Source: an uncultured bacterium | GTDB lineage: Bacteria > Patescibacteriota > Patescibacteriia > UBA1558 > GWA2-36-10 | Length of the DNA stretch: 42,045 nucleotides | NCBI GenBank assembly: GCA_937870675.1 | Contig: CALMZN010000019.1 | Location: 1-42,045 of the forward strand | Direction of reading: 5' to 3' | In this document: piece after piece, positions 16,766 to 24,667 of the stretch | Layout: each line of letters opens with the position of its first letter | Numbering within the stretch: position 1 is the stretch's first letter | The notes under the pieces: generated by a model | The model's database searches: none | What the model saw: only the letters and a program-made list of their open reading frames with translations | Told to the model about the DNA's origin: nothing | Made by a program: the position numbers and the translations under genes

Positions 16766-18970
16766 ATGGCTAGTAAACAATTTACTACCGAAATAGCTGG
16801 CCGCAAACTCTTAGTAGAGATCGGTAAGCTAGCAAAACAAGCCCAAGGGTCTTGTACTGTTTCTTATGGAGAAACAGTAGTTTTGGCTACGGCTGTTATG
16901 TCACGACAAGCGCGCGAAGGAGTGGATTATTTTCCTTTGCTAGTTGATTATGAAGAACGTTTGTATGCCGCTGGCAAAATAAAGGGCTCGCGTTTTATAA
17001 AAAGAGAAGGTCGGGCAACTGACGAGGCCATTTTGACCTCGCGTTTGATTGATCGCTCTATCAGACCATTGTTCAAGGAAACCGAACGCACTGATGTGCA
17101 GGTGGTTTTGACGGTCTTATCTTATGATGGCATCAATGATCCAGAATTTCCTAGCTTGATTGCCGCCTCGGTTGCTTTGGGCATTTCACCCATACCTTGG
17201 AGCGGCCCGGTCGCTGCTATAAAGATCGGTCGCATCAATGATGAGTTGGTTATCAACCCCACAGTTGAAGCTCGACAAAAAAGCGACTTAGATTTGTTTG
17301 TGGTGGGCACCATCGATGAAGTGGTAATGATTGAATCCGGCGCCAAGCAAGTCAAAGAAGAAGTCATGATTGAAGCTGTTGAATTTGCCGGAAAACACAT
17401 TAGAAAGCTGATACCTTTTATTGAAGATATTATCAAAGAAGTTGGAGTAGCCAAACATGAAGTAGCTATTGATGAAGAAAAACTGGCTCTGCAAAAATTG
17501 ATCCAAGAAAAAGTAGGTAATTTTTTCCAAGGCAGAGATTTGGGTTCTTGTTTTCAGGCTGACAAATCAAAAACCAAGCAAATGATCGAAGAGGTCAAAG
17601 CCGAATTAGATCAGGTCTTAAAGGATGATAACGAAGTTTCCAAAGATGCTCGCGCTATTGGCTTGAGTATGTTTGACGCTAGCTTAGAGAAAGCATTCAT
17701 AGCTTTGGTTTTAGAAAAAAAGCAAAGACCTGATGGCCGCAAAATGGACGAGATCAGGCCATTGTCAGCCGAAGTAGCTATTTTGCCTCGTACGCATGGC
17801 AGCGGCTTGTTTAGCCGCGGTGAAACGCAAGTATTATCAATTGTCACTTTGGGCGCTCCGGGTGATGAGCAGACCTTAGACAGCATGGAAGAATCCGGCG
17901 CCAAAAAATACATGCACCATTATAATTTTCCCGGCTTTTCTGTTGGCGAGGTCAAACCCCTGAGGGGCCCAGGCCGTCGAGAAATCGGTCATGGCGCTTT
18001 GGCTGAAAAAGCTCTGTTGCCAGTCCTGCCCAAGGATGAAGATTTCCCCTATACCATCAGAGTGGTGTCAGAAGTCCTGGAATCAAATGGCTCTTCGTCT
18101 CAGGCCTCAATTTGTGGCTCCACGCTTTCTTTGATGGACGCGGGAGTGCCAATTTCTGCTCCGGTGGCTGGTATTGCCATGGGCTTGGTGCTTGATGAAA
18201 AGGATAAAAATCGCTATGAAATATTGACCGACATCCAAGGCATAGAAGATCACTCCGGACACATGGATTTCAAAGTAGCTGGCACTGAAAACGGCATCAC
18301 CGCTCTACAACTGGATATCAAACTAGGCGGTATTAGCTACAAAATAGTCAAAGAGACCTTGGCTCGGGCTCGTGAAGCCAGAATGAAAATTTTGGAAGTC
18401 ATGAAAAAAGTAATTGCCACGCCAAGACCCGAGTTATCACAATATGCTCCGCGAATTATTACTTTACAGATCAATCCAGACAAGATTAGGGACGTCATTG
18501 GCACTGGCGGTAAAATAATTAATGAAATTATTGCCAAATGCAATGTGCAAATTGATATTGAGCAGAGCGGTTTGGTCTTGATCACCTCCACTGACCAAGA
18601 TGGCGCGCAAAAAGCCAAAGAGTGGGTGGAAAATATTGTCCGAGACATTGTGATTGGTGAGATTTATGATGGCCAAGTCATTCAAATCATCAAAGACAGA
18701 AATAGCGGTAGTGAGATTGGCGCTATTGTCGAACTATTACCCGGTAAAGATGGTATGGTGCACATTTCCCAGATTGCTTACAACCGCATTGAAAAGGTCA
18801 GTGATGTTTTGAAAGTTGGCGACCAAGTCAAAGTCAAAGTGGTTGACGTTGACACAGCCAACAACAAGATTAGCTTGTCTATCAAGGACTTACTCCCTAG
18901 ACCAGAGGGCTATGTGGATCGGCCAGTATTTAAAAAACCATTTCCTAAAAAACCATTTTTTAAAAAATAA
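16766..18970 (+). CDS. pnp: polyribonucleotide nucleotidyltransferase (PNPase)
   Basis: 734 aa with two RNase PH domains, KH (IGTGGKIINEI) and S1 (GEIYDGQVIQI...GMVHISQIA) domains, in the conserved rpsO-pnp synteny. Confidence 0.95.
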   Translation: MASKQFTTEIAGRKLLVEIGKLAKQAQGSCTVSYGETVVLATAVMSRQAREGVDYFPLLVDYEERLYAAGKIKGSRFIKREGRATDEAILTSRLIDRSIRPLFKETERTDVQVVLTVLSYDGINDPEFPSLIAASVALGISPIPWSGPVAAIKIGRINDELVINPTVEARQKSDLDLFVVGTIDEVVMIESGAKQVKEEVMIEAVEFAGKHIRKLIPFIEDIIKEVGVAKHEVAIDEEKLALQKLIQEKVGNFFQGRDLGSCFQADKSKTKQMIEEVKAELDQVLKDDNEVSKDARAIGLSMFDASLEKAFIALVLEKKQRPDGRKMDEIRPLSAEVAILPRTHGSGLFSRGETQVLSIVTLGAPGDEQTLDSMEESGAKKYMHHYNFPGFSVGEVKPLRGPGRREIGHGALAEKALLPVLPKDEDFPYTIRVVSEVLESNGSSSQASICGSTLSLMDAGVPISAPVAGIAMGLVLDEKDKNRYEILTDIQGIEDHSGHMDFKVAGTENGITALQLDIKLGGISYKIVKETLARAREARMKILEVMKKVIATPRPELSQYAPRIITLQINPDKIRDVIGTGGKIINEIIAKCNVQIDIEQSGLVLITSTDQDGAQKAKEWVENIVRDIVIGEIYDGQVIQIIKDRNSGSEIGAIVELLPGKDGMVHISQIAYNRIEKVSDVLKVGDQVKVKVVDVDTANNKISLSIKDLLPRPEGYVDRPVFKKPFPKKPFFKK

Positions 18971-18972
18971 AA

Positions 18973-20334
18973 GTGGTCACTGAAAAAGAGCCAACCCAAA
19001 GATTTACTTTATTGCCAAGTAAAGCTTGGTGGCTTTTTTTGGGTGTTTTTATTTTAGGAATAGCGGCTATGCTCTTGATGCCCCAAAAATCCAGCCAGCC
19101 ACTACTCATGTATTTGCCCCAAAATACTACTTTTTATTATCACTGGTCTGATCTAGCCACTTACAAAAGCTTGGATATTAACAAATTGGCTATTATAGAC
19201 ACTACCGAGCCGACAGACAAGATAGACGAACTAAAAAGTTTGTTATTGGATGGCATATTTTCCACCAAAGAAGTTGTGTGGTTTAAAACTGATGCTTTGA
19301 GTGATGATAATTTTATACTGCGCTTGGATAATGCCCAGCAGGTGACCAAATGGCTGACAGTCAATCGCCCAGAGTATAATTATTTATTAATTGACAAGGA
19401 TATTTTGTTGATCAGCGCTGACTCGTGGCTATCCAGCCACTACAGTGAACAGCCAAGAATGGAAGTGGTTAACAATAATATGTCTTTGGGTATTAATATT
19501 TTTTGGTCCAAAAATAATACGCCCGAGTTTTTGTCGGCTCTGACTGAGTGGTTGAAACTAGACACTGGTTTGCCAAATATTTACGCCAATATCTACCAAC
19601 AAAAAGACGGACAATCAAACATCCATATTTGGCAGGTGAAATTAAGACAAGTAATCAATGCTAGTAGCACTGACGCTTGGTCAAATAAAGCTAATTTTCC
19701 GCTAGGTGCTGATTTGATTCTTGGTTTTGGTGAACACGCTCCGGACAAATGGCAAGTCATAGTCAGTCAGAGTATTTTACAGCCCTTGTTTAGTGAGTGG
19801 CCATATTATCGGCTGTCAGCCAAAAAAATAGAGGAGCAGATACTCAAAAATAATTATATTTATCTGGCCAATGACAAGTGGCTGATGGTTTCTAAGGAGG
19901 ATTGGCAGTCCAGGATAAATGATTGGGTGCCAAATCTTAATTTGCAAGAAACCAAAAATCGTTTACCGGATGGCACGGTTTACACCGAGTATATTAGTGG
20001 CCAAGAAGCAGTCATAGAAAAATTAAGCTACCAAGCCAAGGATTATTGGCATTTTAGCGGTCTCTATGGAGCGCAAATTGGCCCTAGTTACTATTTATCA
20101 AATAGCGAGTCAATTATTCAGGCCACTTTGGTCAGTAAGTATGATATGCAGAGTTATTTAGGTCAGTGCCAGTTAGCAGGGGATTATCAAATTATTGATT
20201 TGGTGCAGGTAAATAGTGCTAAAATCAAAGATGAAACAATTAAAAAAGCGCTATTAGATCAAAAAATAAATAATTTAACAGTATTTTCTTACGAAAATAA
20301 TCAACAAATTGGTTTTAAGGCCTGTTTTCGTTAG
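18973..20334 (+). CDS. hypothetical membrane-anchored protein
   Basis: 453-aa ORF with a GTG start listed and one N-terminal TM helix (WWLFLGVFILGIAAMLL). No recognised domain. Confidence 0.55.
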   Translation: MVTEKEPTQRFTLLPSKAWWLFLGVFILGIAAMLLMPQKSSQPLLMYLPQNTTFYYHWSDLATYKSLDINKLAIIDTTEPTDKIDELKSLLLDGIFSTKEVVWFKTDALSDDNFILRLDNAQQVTKWLTVNRPEYNYLLIDKDILLISADSWLSSHYSEQPRMEVVNNNMSLGINIFWSKNNTPEFLSALTEWLKLDTGLPNIYANIYQQKDGQSNIHIWQVKLRQVINASSTDAWSNKANFPLGADLILGFGEHAPDKWQVIVSQSILQPLFSEWPYYRLSAKKIEEQILKNNYIYLANDKWLMVSKEDWQSRINDWVPNLNLQETKNRLPDGTVYTEYISGQEAVIEKLSYQAKDYWHFSGLYGAQIGPSYYLSNSESIIQATLVSKYDMQSYLGQCQLAGDYQIIDLVQVNSAKIKDETIKKALLDQKINNLTVFSYENNQQIGFKACFR

Positions 20335-20364
20335 GAATAATTCTATAAAATTTAAAGTAAAAAA

Positions 20365-20521
20365 CCCACTGACTTTCTATGCCGTCATTCCCGCGAAAGC
20401 GGGAATCCACACTAATGTTATGAAATCATAGTGTCGTGTGGATCATCGGATCACCCGCCCACCATGACCGCCGGTCAGGCGTGTCGGGCGGGAGTCCGAT
20501 GATGACGGGAGAGTGTCAGTG
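20365..20521. repeat. GC-rich nested palindromic element forming a perfect four-way junction inside a terminator-like stem
   Basis: The outer stem ccactgac/gtcagtgg is flanked by an A6 run and a T6 run. The second stem is ccgtcat/atgacgg. Three abutting hairpins fill it: 20388-20403 (tcccgc GAAA gcggga), 20404-20442 (atccacac..gtgtggat) and 20443-20500 (catcgga..cccgccc..gggcggg..tccgatg). Confidence 0.75.
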
Positions 20522-20590
20522 GTTTTTTAAATCATCTTCTACACAGGCCTAGAACTTAAAAAATAGCCATAAATAGGCACTTTTGTGCTT

Positions 20591-20627
20591 GCACCGTAAA
20601 ACAGGTCGCGGAGCGACGTTTTACGGT
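20591..20627. repeat. long GC-containing hairpin (11 bp + 5 bp)
   Basis: caccgtaaaac ag gtcgc gga gcgac gttttacggtg. The core gcggagcgac is shared with the element at 22517-22526. Confidence 0.75.
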
Positions 20628-20655
20628 GTGGATAACTTGTTGATAGTTGTGGATT
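20626..20655. promoter_or_regulatory. two direct DnaA-box-like 9-mers
   Basis: TGTGGATAA at 20626-20634 is a perfect reverse complement of TTATCCACA. TGTGGATTA at 20647-20655 has one mismatch. Confidence 0.35.
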
Positions 20656-20724
20656 ATTTTGATAAAGTTGTCAATAATCAGAAAAATAGCTAATTATTTT
20701 TGCTAATTTTAGCAAAGTATTAGC

Positions 20725-20753
20725 TTTGACACAAAGGTAAAAATATGATATAC
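20725..20753 (+). promoter_or_regulatory. consensus sigma-70 promoter with extended -10, no ORF behind it for about 470 nt
   Basis: TTGACA (20725-20730), a 17-nt spacer, then TGATATACT (-10 TATACT at 20748-20753). Confidence 0.6.
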
Positions 20754-20759
20754 TTATAT

Positions 20760-21150
20760 TGTTGATAAATAAGTACCTTAAAACAATACTTTAGAACTGT
20801 ACATTACTTGTGATAAAGTAGTGTCTAGCTCTAAGAGCTTCACTGTTTTGATTTATCAAGCCACCGACGCTTGAAAAAGCAAAAACAAAAACAAAATACA
20901 AAAAGGAGAATCCTGTTGTCGGATAGGCAACGAGATATTTCCACTAAATGGTGGAGTTCTACAATGATTCTGAGTCGGAATGAATCACAATGACGTTTTC
21001 ACAACAACATATGCTAAAGTTTCAAGCCAATTGAACTTACAGACGCAATAAAAATGCGTCACAAGCTATCGTGAAGACGCTACGGGGCGCACTTACGGCC
21101 CACGAAGCTAACGCTATTAGGGGTGCTCGGATGCGTCCTGTTTGTTTTGT
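20760..21150 (+). ncRNA. candidate structured noncoding transcript or long leader of the DksA-like gene
   Basis: Lies downstream of the consensus promoter. Contains the closing stem ttgataaat (20761-20769)/atttatcaa (20850-20858), an inner hairpin agctc taa gagct, a CA-rich tract, the hairpin gacgca..tgcgtc (21041-21059), and a gacgc..gcgtc stem followed by ctgtttgttttgtc. No ORF of 60 aa or more on this strand. Confidence 0.3.
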
Positions 21151-21228
21151 CAAAATTTTCAATACCCCTAAATTCTTGCCAAATTGCCCGATATTTGCTA
21201 TCATTCTTTGGTAATTAAAACCCAAGCC

Positions 21229-21591
21229 ATGACAGTTGACACTAAATTTTTGGAAAATAGAAAAAGCGAATTAGAAAAAAGGCGCGATGAAATACTGCGT
21301 GAATTAAACGTGGACACCATCCAGGTGGCGGACAATGATTATAGCGCCAAATTTATTGATTATGGCGACAAAGAAGATGAAAATGCGGCTGAAGTAGCTG
21401 ACTTTGAGAAAAATTTGTCTTTAGAAAAAACCTTGGAAATTTCCCTGTACAATGTAAATAAGGCCTTAAAGAAAATAGATGAGGGCAATTATGGTTTGTG
21501 TGAAGTTTGCGCCAAGCCCATTGATCCCAAGCGCTTGGAGGCCTTTCCTTCAGCCACTGCTTGTATGAATTGCAAGAAAAAATCTTTATAA
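21229..21591 (+). CDS. DksA/TraR-family C4 zinc-finger protein
   Basis: MTVDTKFLENRKSELEKRRDEIL coiled coil, then CEVCAKPIDPKRLEAFPSATACMNCKKK. ATG 21229 is preferred over the listed 21184. Confidence 0.78.
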   Translation: MTVDTKFLENRKSELEKRRDEILRELNVDTIQVADNDYSAKFIDYGDKEDENAAEVADFEKNLSLEKTLEISLYNVNKALKKIDEGNYGLCEVCAKPIDPKRLEAFPSATACMNCKKKSL

Positions 21592-21595
21592 AATT

Positions 21596-22012
21596 ATGTG
21601 TAAATACTATTTAGGATGTTTGAGCTTAATAATCCTGGATAGATTCTTAAAAATATTTTTTGTAAAAACACTGTCTGAAGGTGGCAGTGTTTTTGCTTTG
21701 TATATCAATAAAAACATCGCTTTTTCCTTGCCCCTGCCCAGCGTAATATTATATCCGATTCTAGTTATTATATTTTTTTTGTTAGTTTGGTTTTGGCTGA
21801 AGGACTGGCAGGGAGCCAAAAAATATATTTGGCCCTATGCTTTGGTAATAATTGGCGCGGCTAGCAATATCTGGGATCGCCTCTGGTATGGCGGAGTAGT
21901 GGACTACTTTAATGTGCCATATTTTACTGTGCTAAATTTAAGTGATGTTTATATTTTCTTGGGAGTGTGCTATTTTTTAGTAAGACAATTAAAAAAACAA
22001 AAATATGACTAA
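21596..22012 (+). CDS. lspA: lipoprotein signal peptidase (signal peptidase II)
   Basis: GAASNIWDRLWYGGVVDYFNV matches the N..DR...G.VVD motifs of LspA. About 4 TM helices. Confidence 0.8.
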   Translation: MCKYYLGCLSLIILDRFLKIFFVKTLSEGGSVFALYINKNIAFSLPLPSVILYPILVIIFFLLVWFWLKDWQGAKKYIWPYALVIIGAASNIWDRLWYGGVVDYFNVPYFTVLNLSDVYIFLGVCYFLVRQLKKQKYD

Positions 22013-22481
22013 CAAAAGTATTGTTAAATTATTTAGTTCAGTGCTTATTTGCTTGGGTGCCGGGTTTATTGGCTCATTTTTTACTACTCCGCAGATTGCG
22101 GGTTGGTATCAGACGCTTAACAAGCCCACTTGGAACCCGCCGTCTTGGCTTTTTGGACCAGTGTGGACTACGCTTTTCATCCTGATGGGCATTGCTTTGT
22201 ATCTGGTCTGGCAAAAAGCTAGCCACTCCAAAAGCGCTCGCCAGGCCACGATATTTTTCTTAGTACACTTGCTGTTTAATATATTTTGGTCAGTATTATT
22301 TTTTGGGCTACACAATCCTTTTTATGCTTTTTTAGAAATCATTGTTTTGTGGCTCATGATTTTGACCTTGATTATTTGGTTTTTCAAGCTTGATAAAAAA
22401 GCTGGCAGTTTGCTAGTCCCTTATCTGCTGTGGGTCAGCTTTGCCGGCTATTTGAACTATACAATTTGGCAGTTGAATTAA
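22005..22481 (+). CDS. tspO: TspO/MBR tryptophan-rich sensory protein
   Basis: WYQTLNKPTWNPPSWLFGPVWTTLFILMG and PYLLWVSFAGYLNYTIW, with five TM helices. Confidence 0.87.
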   Translation: MTNKSIVKLFSSVLICLGAGFIGSFFTTPQIAGWYQTLNKPTWNPPSWLFGPVWTTLFILMGIALYLVWQKASHSKSARQATIFFLVHLLFNIFWSVLFFGLHNPFYAFLEIIVLWLMILTLIIWFFKLDKKAGSLLVPYLLWVSFAGYLNYTIWQLN

Positions 22482-22501
22482 AAAATCGCTATTTTTTTGT
22501 T

Positions 22502-22603
22502 GTCATTCTGGAAGGAGCGGAGCGACTGATAGAATCTACGTCAATTTAAAGGAGTGGATTCTATCGCTTCGTCGCGTCAGACGCGACGAAGCGATAGAAT
22601 GAC
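22502..22603. repeat. GC-rich palindromic element (19-bp perfect hairpin plus an extra arm copy)
   Basis: attctatcgcttcgtcgcg tcaga cgcgacgaagcgatagaat spans 22558-22600. The upstream partial arm gatagaatc is at 22528-22536. The outer pairing is gtcattct (22502-22509) with agaatgac (22596-22603). Confidence 0.75.
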
Positions 22604-22690
22604 CTTGCTGAAGCGGTTTTTTTGTCCCCTTGACTTCCCTTTCAGAGTCGGAGTAAAATGCACTCAAGAAAAAGAAAAGCGATTTTTATT

Positions 22691-24253
22691 ATGGCTAACA
22701 TTTATACAGTTGCTGTTTTGGGTCTCAAAGGCAACCTAGTAGAAGTAGAGACCAATTTGTCTAGGCACTTGCCCAAGGTTATTATTGTTGGTTTGCCTGA
22801 TACAGCCGTGCAAGAGGCCAGAGAAAGGGTCTGGGCCGCTATTGAAAATAGCGGTTTTGTGTTTCCCCGACAAAAAGTCGTGATCAATCTAGCGCCAGCC
22901 CAAGTTCAAAAAAGCGGTGGAGCTTATGACCTATCTATGGCTATTAGTGTCTTACAAGCGAGTGGAGAGTTAAAATTAATTTCTGAACCAACCGCTTTTA
23001 TTGGCGAGCTGTCTTTGACTGGTCTAGTCAAAGCCGTGCCCGGAGTCATGGTCATGGTGGCGGCTTTGAAAGAATTTGGTTTCCAAAATATATTTGTACC
23101 CCAAAAAAATGTCAAAGAAGCCAGCGTGATTGAGGGTGTCAATATTTACGCCATCAATAATCTAGCCCAACTAATACGACATTTGAATGGCCAGCAAAAA
23201 ATTGAACCCCAAGCGCCAGTAGTTTTTTATAATGAGCCCAGCCAAGCAACCTTTGATTTTCAAGAAGTCCATGGTCAGGCACAAGCCAAGCGGGCCTTGG
23301 AAATAGCGGCTGTTGGCGGACACAACATTTTGCTGGTCGGGCCTCCGGGGTCTGGCAAGACCATGCTCGCCAAAAGTTTTTTGTCTATCTTGCCGCCACT
23401 ATCACTGGACGAGGCCTTGGCCGTCAGCAAGATACACAGCTTGGCTGGACTTTTGACTGAAGAAAATCATCTAGTGCGTAGTAGATTTTTGCGTAGTCCG
23501 CATCACTCGGCTTCAGTGTCAGCCATTGTCGGTGGTGGCACTTACCCCAAACCCGGAGAAATATCTTTGGCTCATCGCAATGTTTTATTTTTGGATGAAA
23601 TTTTGGAATTTCCTCGAGCAGTACTGGAGGCCTTGCGCCAACCCTTGGAAGACAAAATAATCACTGTCTCGCGCATCAAGGGTTCGGTTGATTATCCGGC
23701 TGATTTTATTTTTTTGGCCACGGCCAATCCTTGCCCTTGTGGCTACCTGACTGACCCCAGTCACGAGTGCCACTGCACGCCAATGGAAATATCCAAATAC
23801 AGGAAAAAATTATCAGGACCATTACTTGATCGCATTGATTTGCACTTGAATGTGGCTAGAGTAAAAAGCCATGAGTTGATAAGTAATCCTTCAACTGGAT
23901 TTGACTACGCTCACCACCAGTCACTCGCGGTCGGAAAAAATTCAGCCGAAAGCTCCAAAGAAATTTTGGCGCGCGTGATTTCCGCTAGACAACGACAAGC
24001 AGATCGTCAGCCAGATAATTTATTAAACAGCGACCTGCCACCAAAGTTGATAAAAAAATATTGTGTTTTGTCATCTAGCAATCAGCGACTGCTACTGACG
24101 GCCACTGAGAAAATGCAATTATCAGCCAGAGCTTATTACAAGATTTTGAAAGTAGCTCGAACTATTGCGGATCTAGCAAGTAGTCAAAATATTGAAGAAG
24201 AGTATATTTTGGAAGCCCTGCAGTATCGTAATAAAATATGGTCGGAGCTGTAA
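22691..24253 (+). CDS. comM: Mg-chelatase-like AAA+ protein YifB/ComM
   Basis: N-terminal Lon-protease-like domain (MANIYTVAVLGLKG..), Walker A GPPGSGKT, LFLDEILEF, and a C-terminal ChlI-type domain. The listed start at 22658 lies in the promoter region. Confidence 0.9.
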   Translation: MANIYTVAVLGLKGNLVEVETNLSRHLPKVIIVGLPDTAVQEARERVWAAIENSGFVFPRQKVVINLAPAQVQKSGGAYDLSMAISVLQASGELKLISEPTAFIGELSLTGLVKAVPGVMVMVAALKEFGFQNIFVPQKNVKEASVIEGVNIYAINNLAQLIRHLNGQQKIEPQAPVVFYNEPSQATFDFQEVHGQAQAKRALEIAAVGGHNILLVGPPGSGKTMLAKSFLSILPPLSLDEALAVSKIHSLAGLLTEENHLVRSRFLRSPHHSASVSAIVGGGTYPKPGEISLAHRNVLFLDEILEFPRAVLEALRQPLEDKIITVSRIKGSVDYPADFIFLATANPCPCGYLTDPSHECHCTPMEISKYRKKLSGPLLDRIDLHLNVARVKSHELISNPSTGFDYAHHQSLAVGKNSAESSKEILARVISARQRQADRQPDNLLNSDLPPKLIKKYCVLSSSNQRLLLTATEKMQLSARAYYKILKVARTIADLASSQNIEEEYILEALQYRNKIWSEL

Positions 24254-24295
24254 TTTTTGTCCTTTCTAGCCGTCTTTATATATAAAGGGGGTTAT

Positions 24296-24388
24296 ATGTA
24301 CCTTACCAAGAGCGATTCTCTCCAGCCAGCTTTATTGGAAGCATTTCCAGTAAAACTGCCTGGAGAGAACTTGAATAATGGCTCATAA
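24296..24388 (+). CDS. candidate 30-aa peptide (first of three overlapping small ORFs)
   Basis: A Shine-Dalgarno-like AAGGGGG lies at 24285-24291. ATG 24296 to TAA 24388 encodes MYLTKSDSLQPALLEAFPVKLPGENLNNGS. Confidence 0.2.
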   Translation: MYLTKSDSLQPALLEAFPVKLPGENLNNGS

Positions 24389-24467
24389 GCCAAAAAGAAG
24401 GACAATAGTCGCAAGTCCAATAAGTTCTTCTTTAGGCCTTGAAGCTAATAAGCAAAACTATGTTTAG
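24378..24467 (+). CDS. candidate 29-aa basic peptide (second small ORF)
   Basis: ATG 24378 overlaps the stop of the previous small ORF. It encodes MAHKPKRRTIVASPISSSLGLEANKQNYV. Confidence 0.2.
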   Translation: MAHKPKRRTIVASPISSSLGLEANKQNYV

Positions 24468-24624
24468 AGCAATGGGAGCTTTTTTCCAACTGGTTTTCTT
24501 GCTTATCTTATTCAAGATTTTCGCCCCAGGAGTTTACGAACTGCTGATCAATGTGATCACTACAATTCTGACCGTTGTGAACAATGGTTTAGCTAATTAT
24601 GGCAGTTCGACGCCCAACTTCTAG
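24460..24624 (+). CDS. small hydrophobic membrane peptide (54 aa)
   Basis: MFRAMGAFFQLVFLLILFKIFAPGVYELLINVITTILTVVNNGL.... ATG 24460 overlaps the stop of the previous small ORF. A strong terminator lies at 24668-24710. The listed ORF starts at TTG 24439. Confidence 0.45.
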   Translation: MFRAMGAFFQLVFLLILFKIFAPGVYELLINVITTILTVVNNGLANYGSSTPNF

Positions 24625-24667
24625 CTTGCTACCTTACAAAAAGGTTGGTAATCTAGAGTACGCACCA

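Noticed and set aside
20626-20720. Calling this region the chromosomal replication origin.
   Set aside because: There are only two good DnaA boxes and no dnaA or dnaN nearby. Flanking genes run in the same direction. A further perfect TGTGGATAA sits alone at 29339-29347. It is kept as a low-confidence finding only.
21037-21225. The 62-aa minus-strand ORF in the long spacer.
   Set aside because: It has no SD, it spans GC-rich hairpins, and it overlaps the region immediately upstream of the DksA-like gene. There is no recognisable motif, and it is most likely noncoding.
20335-21228. A known housekeeping RNA (tmRNA, RNase P RNA, SRP RNA, 6S RNA), a T-box or TPP riboswitch, or a mini-ykkC riboswitch in the long spacer.
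   Set aside because: I could not find any of the diagnostic strings. There is no GGTTCGA..CCACCA tRNA-like end or tag ORF. There is no GAGGAAAGTCC. There is no GGAA-tetraloop SRP domain IV, despite a ccggtcagg string. There is no T-box GGTGGTACCGCG. Only one weak ACGG-loop hairpin is present (cgct ACGG ggcg), and its partner does not pair. A covariance-model search is still needed.
22554-22739. The 61-aa ORF MDSIASSRQTRRSDRMTLLKRFF...
   Set aside because: It is translated straight through the perfect 19-bp palindrome and the comM promoter, and it overlaps the comM start. It is an artefact of the repeat.
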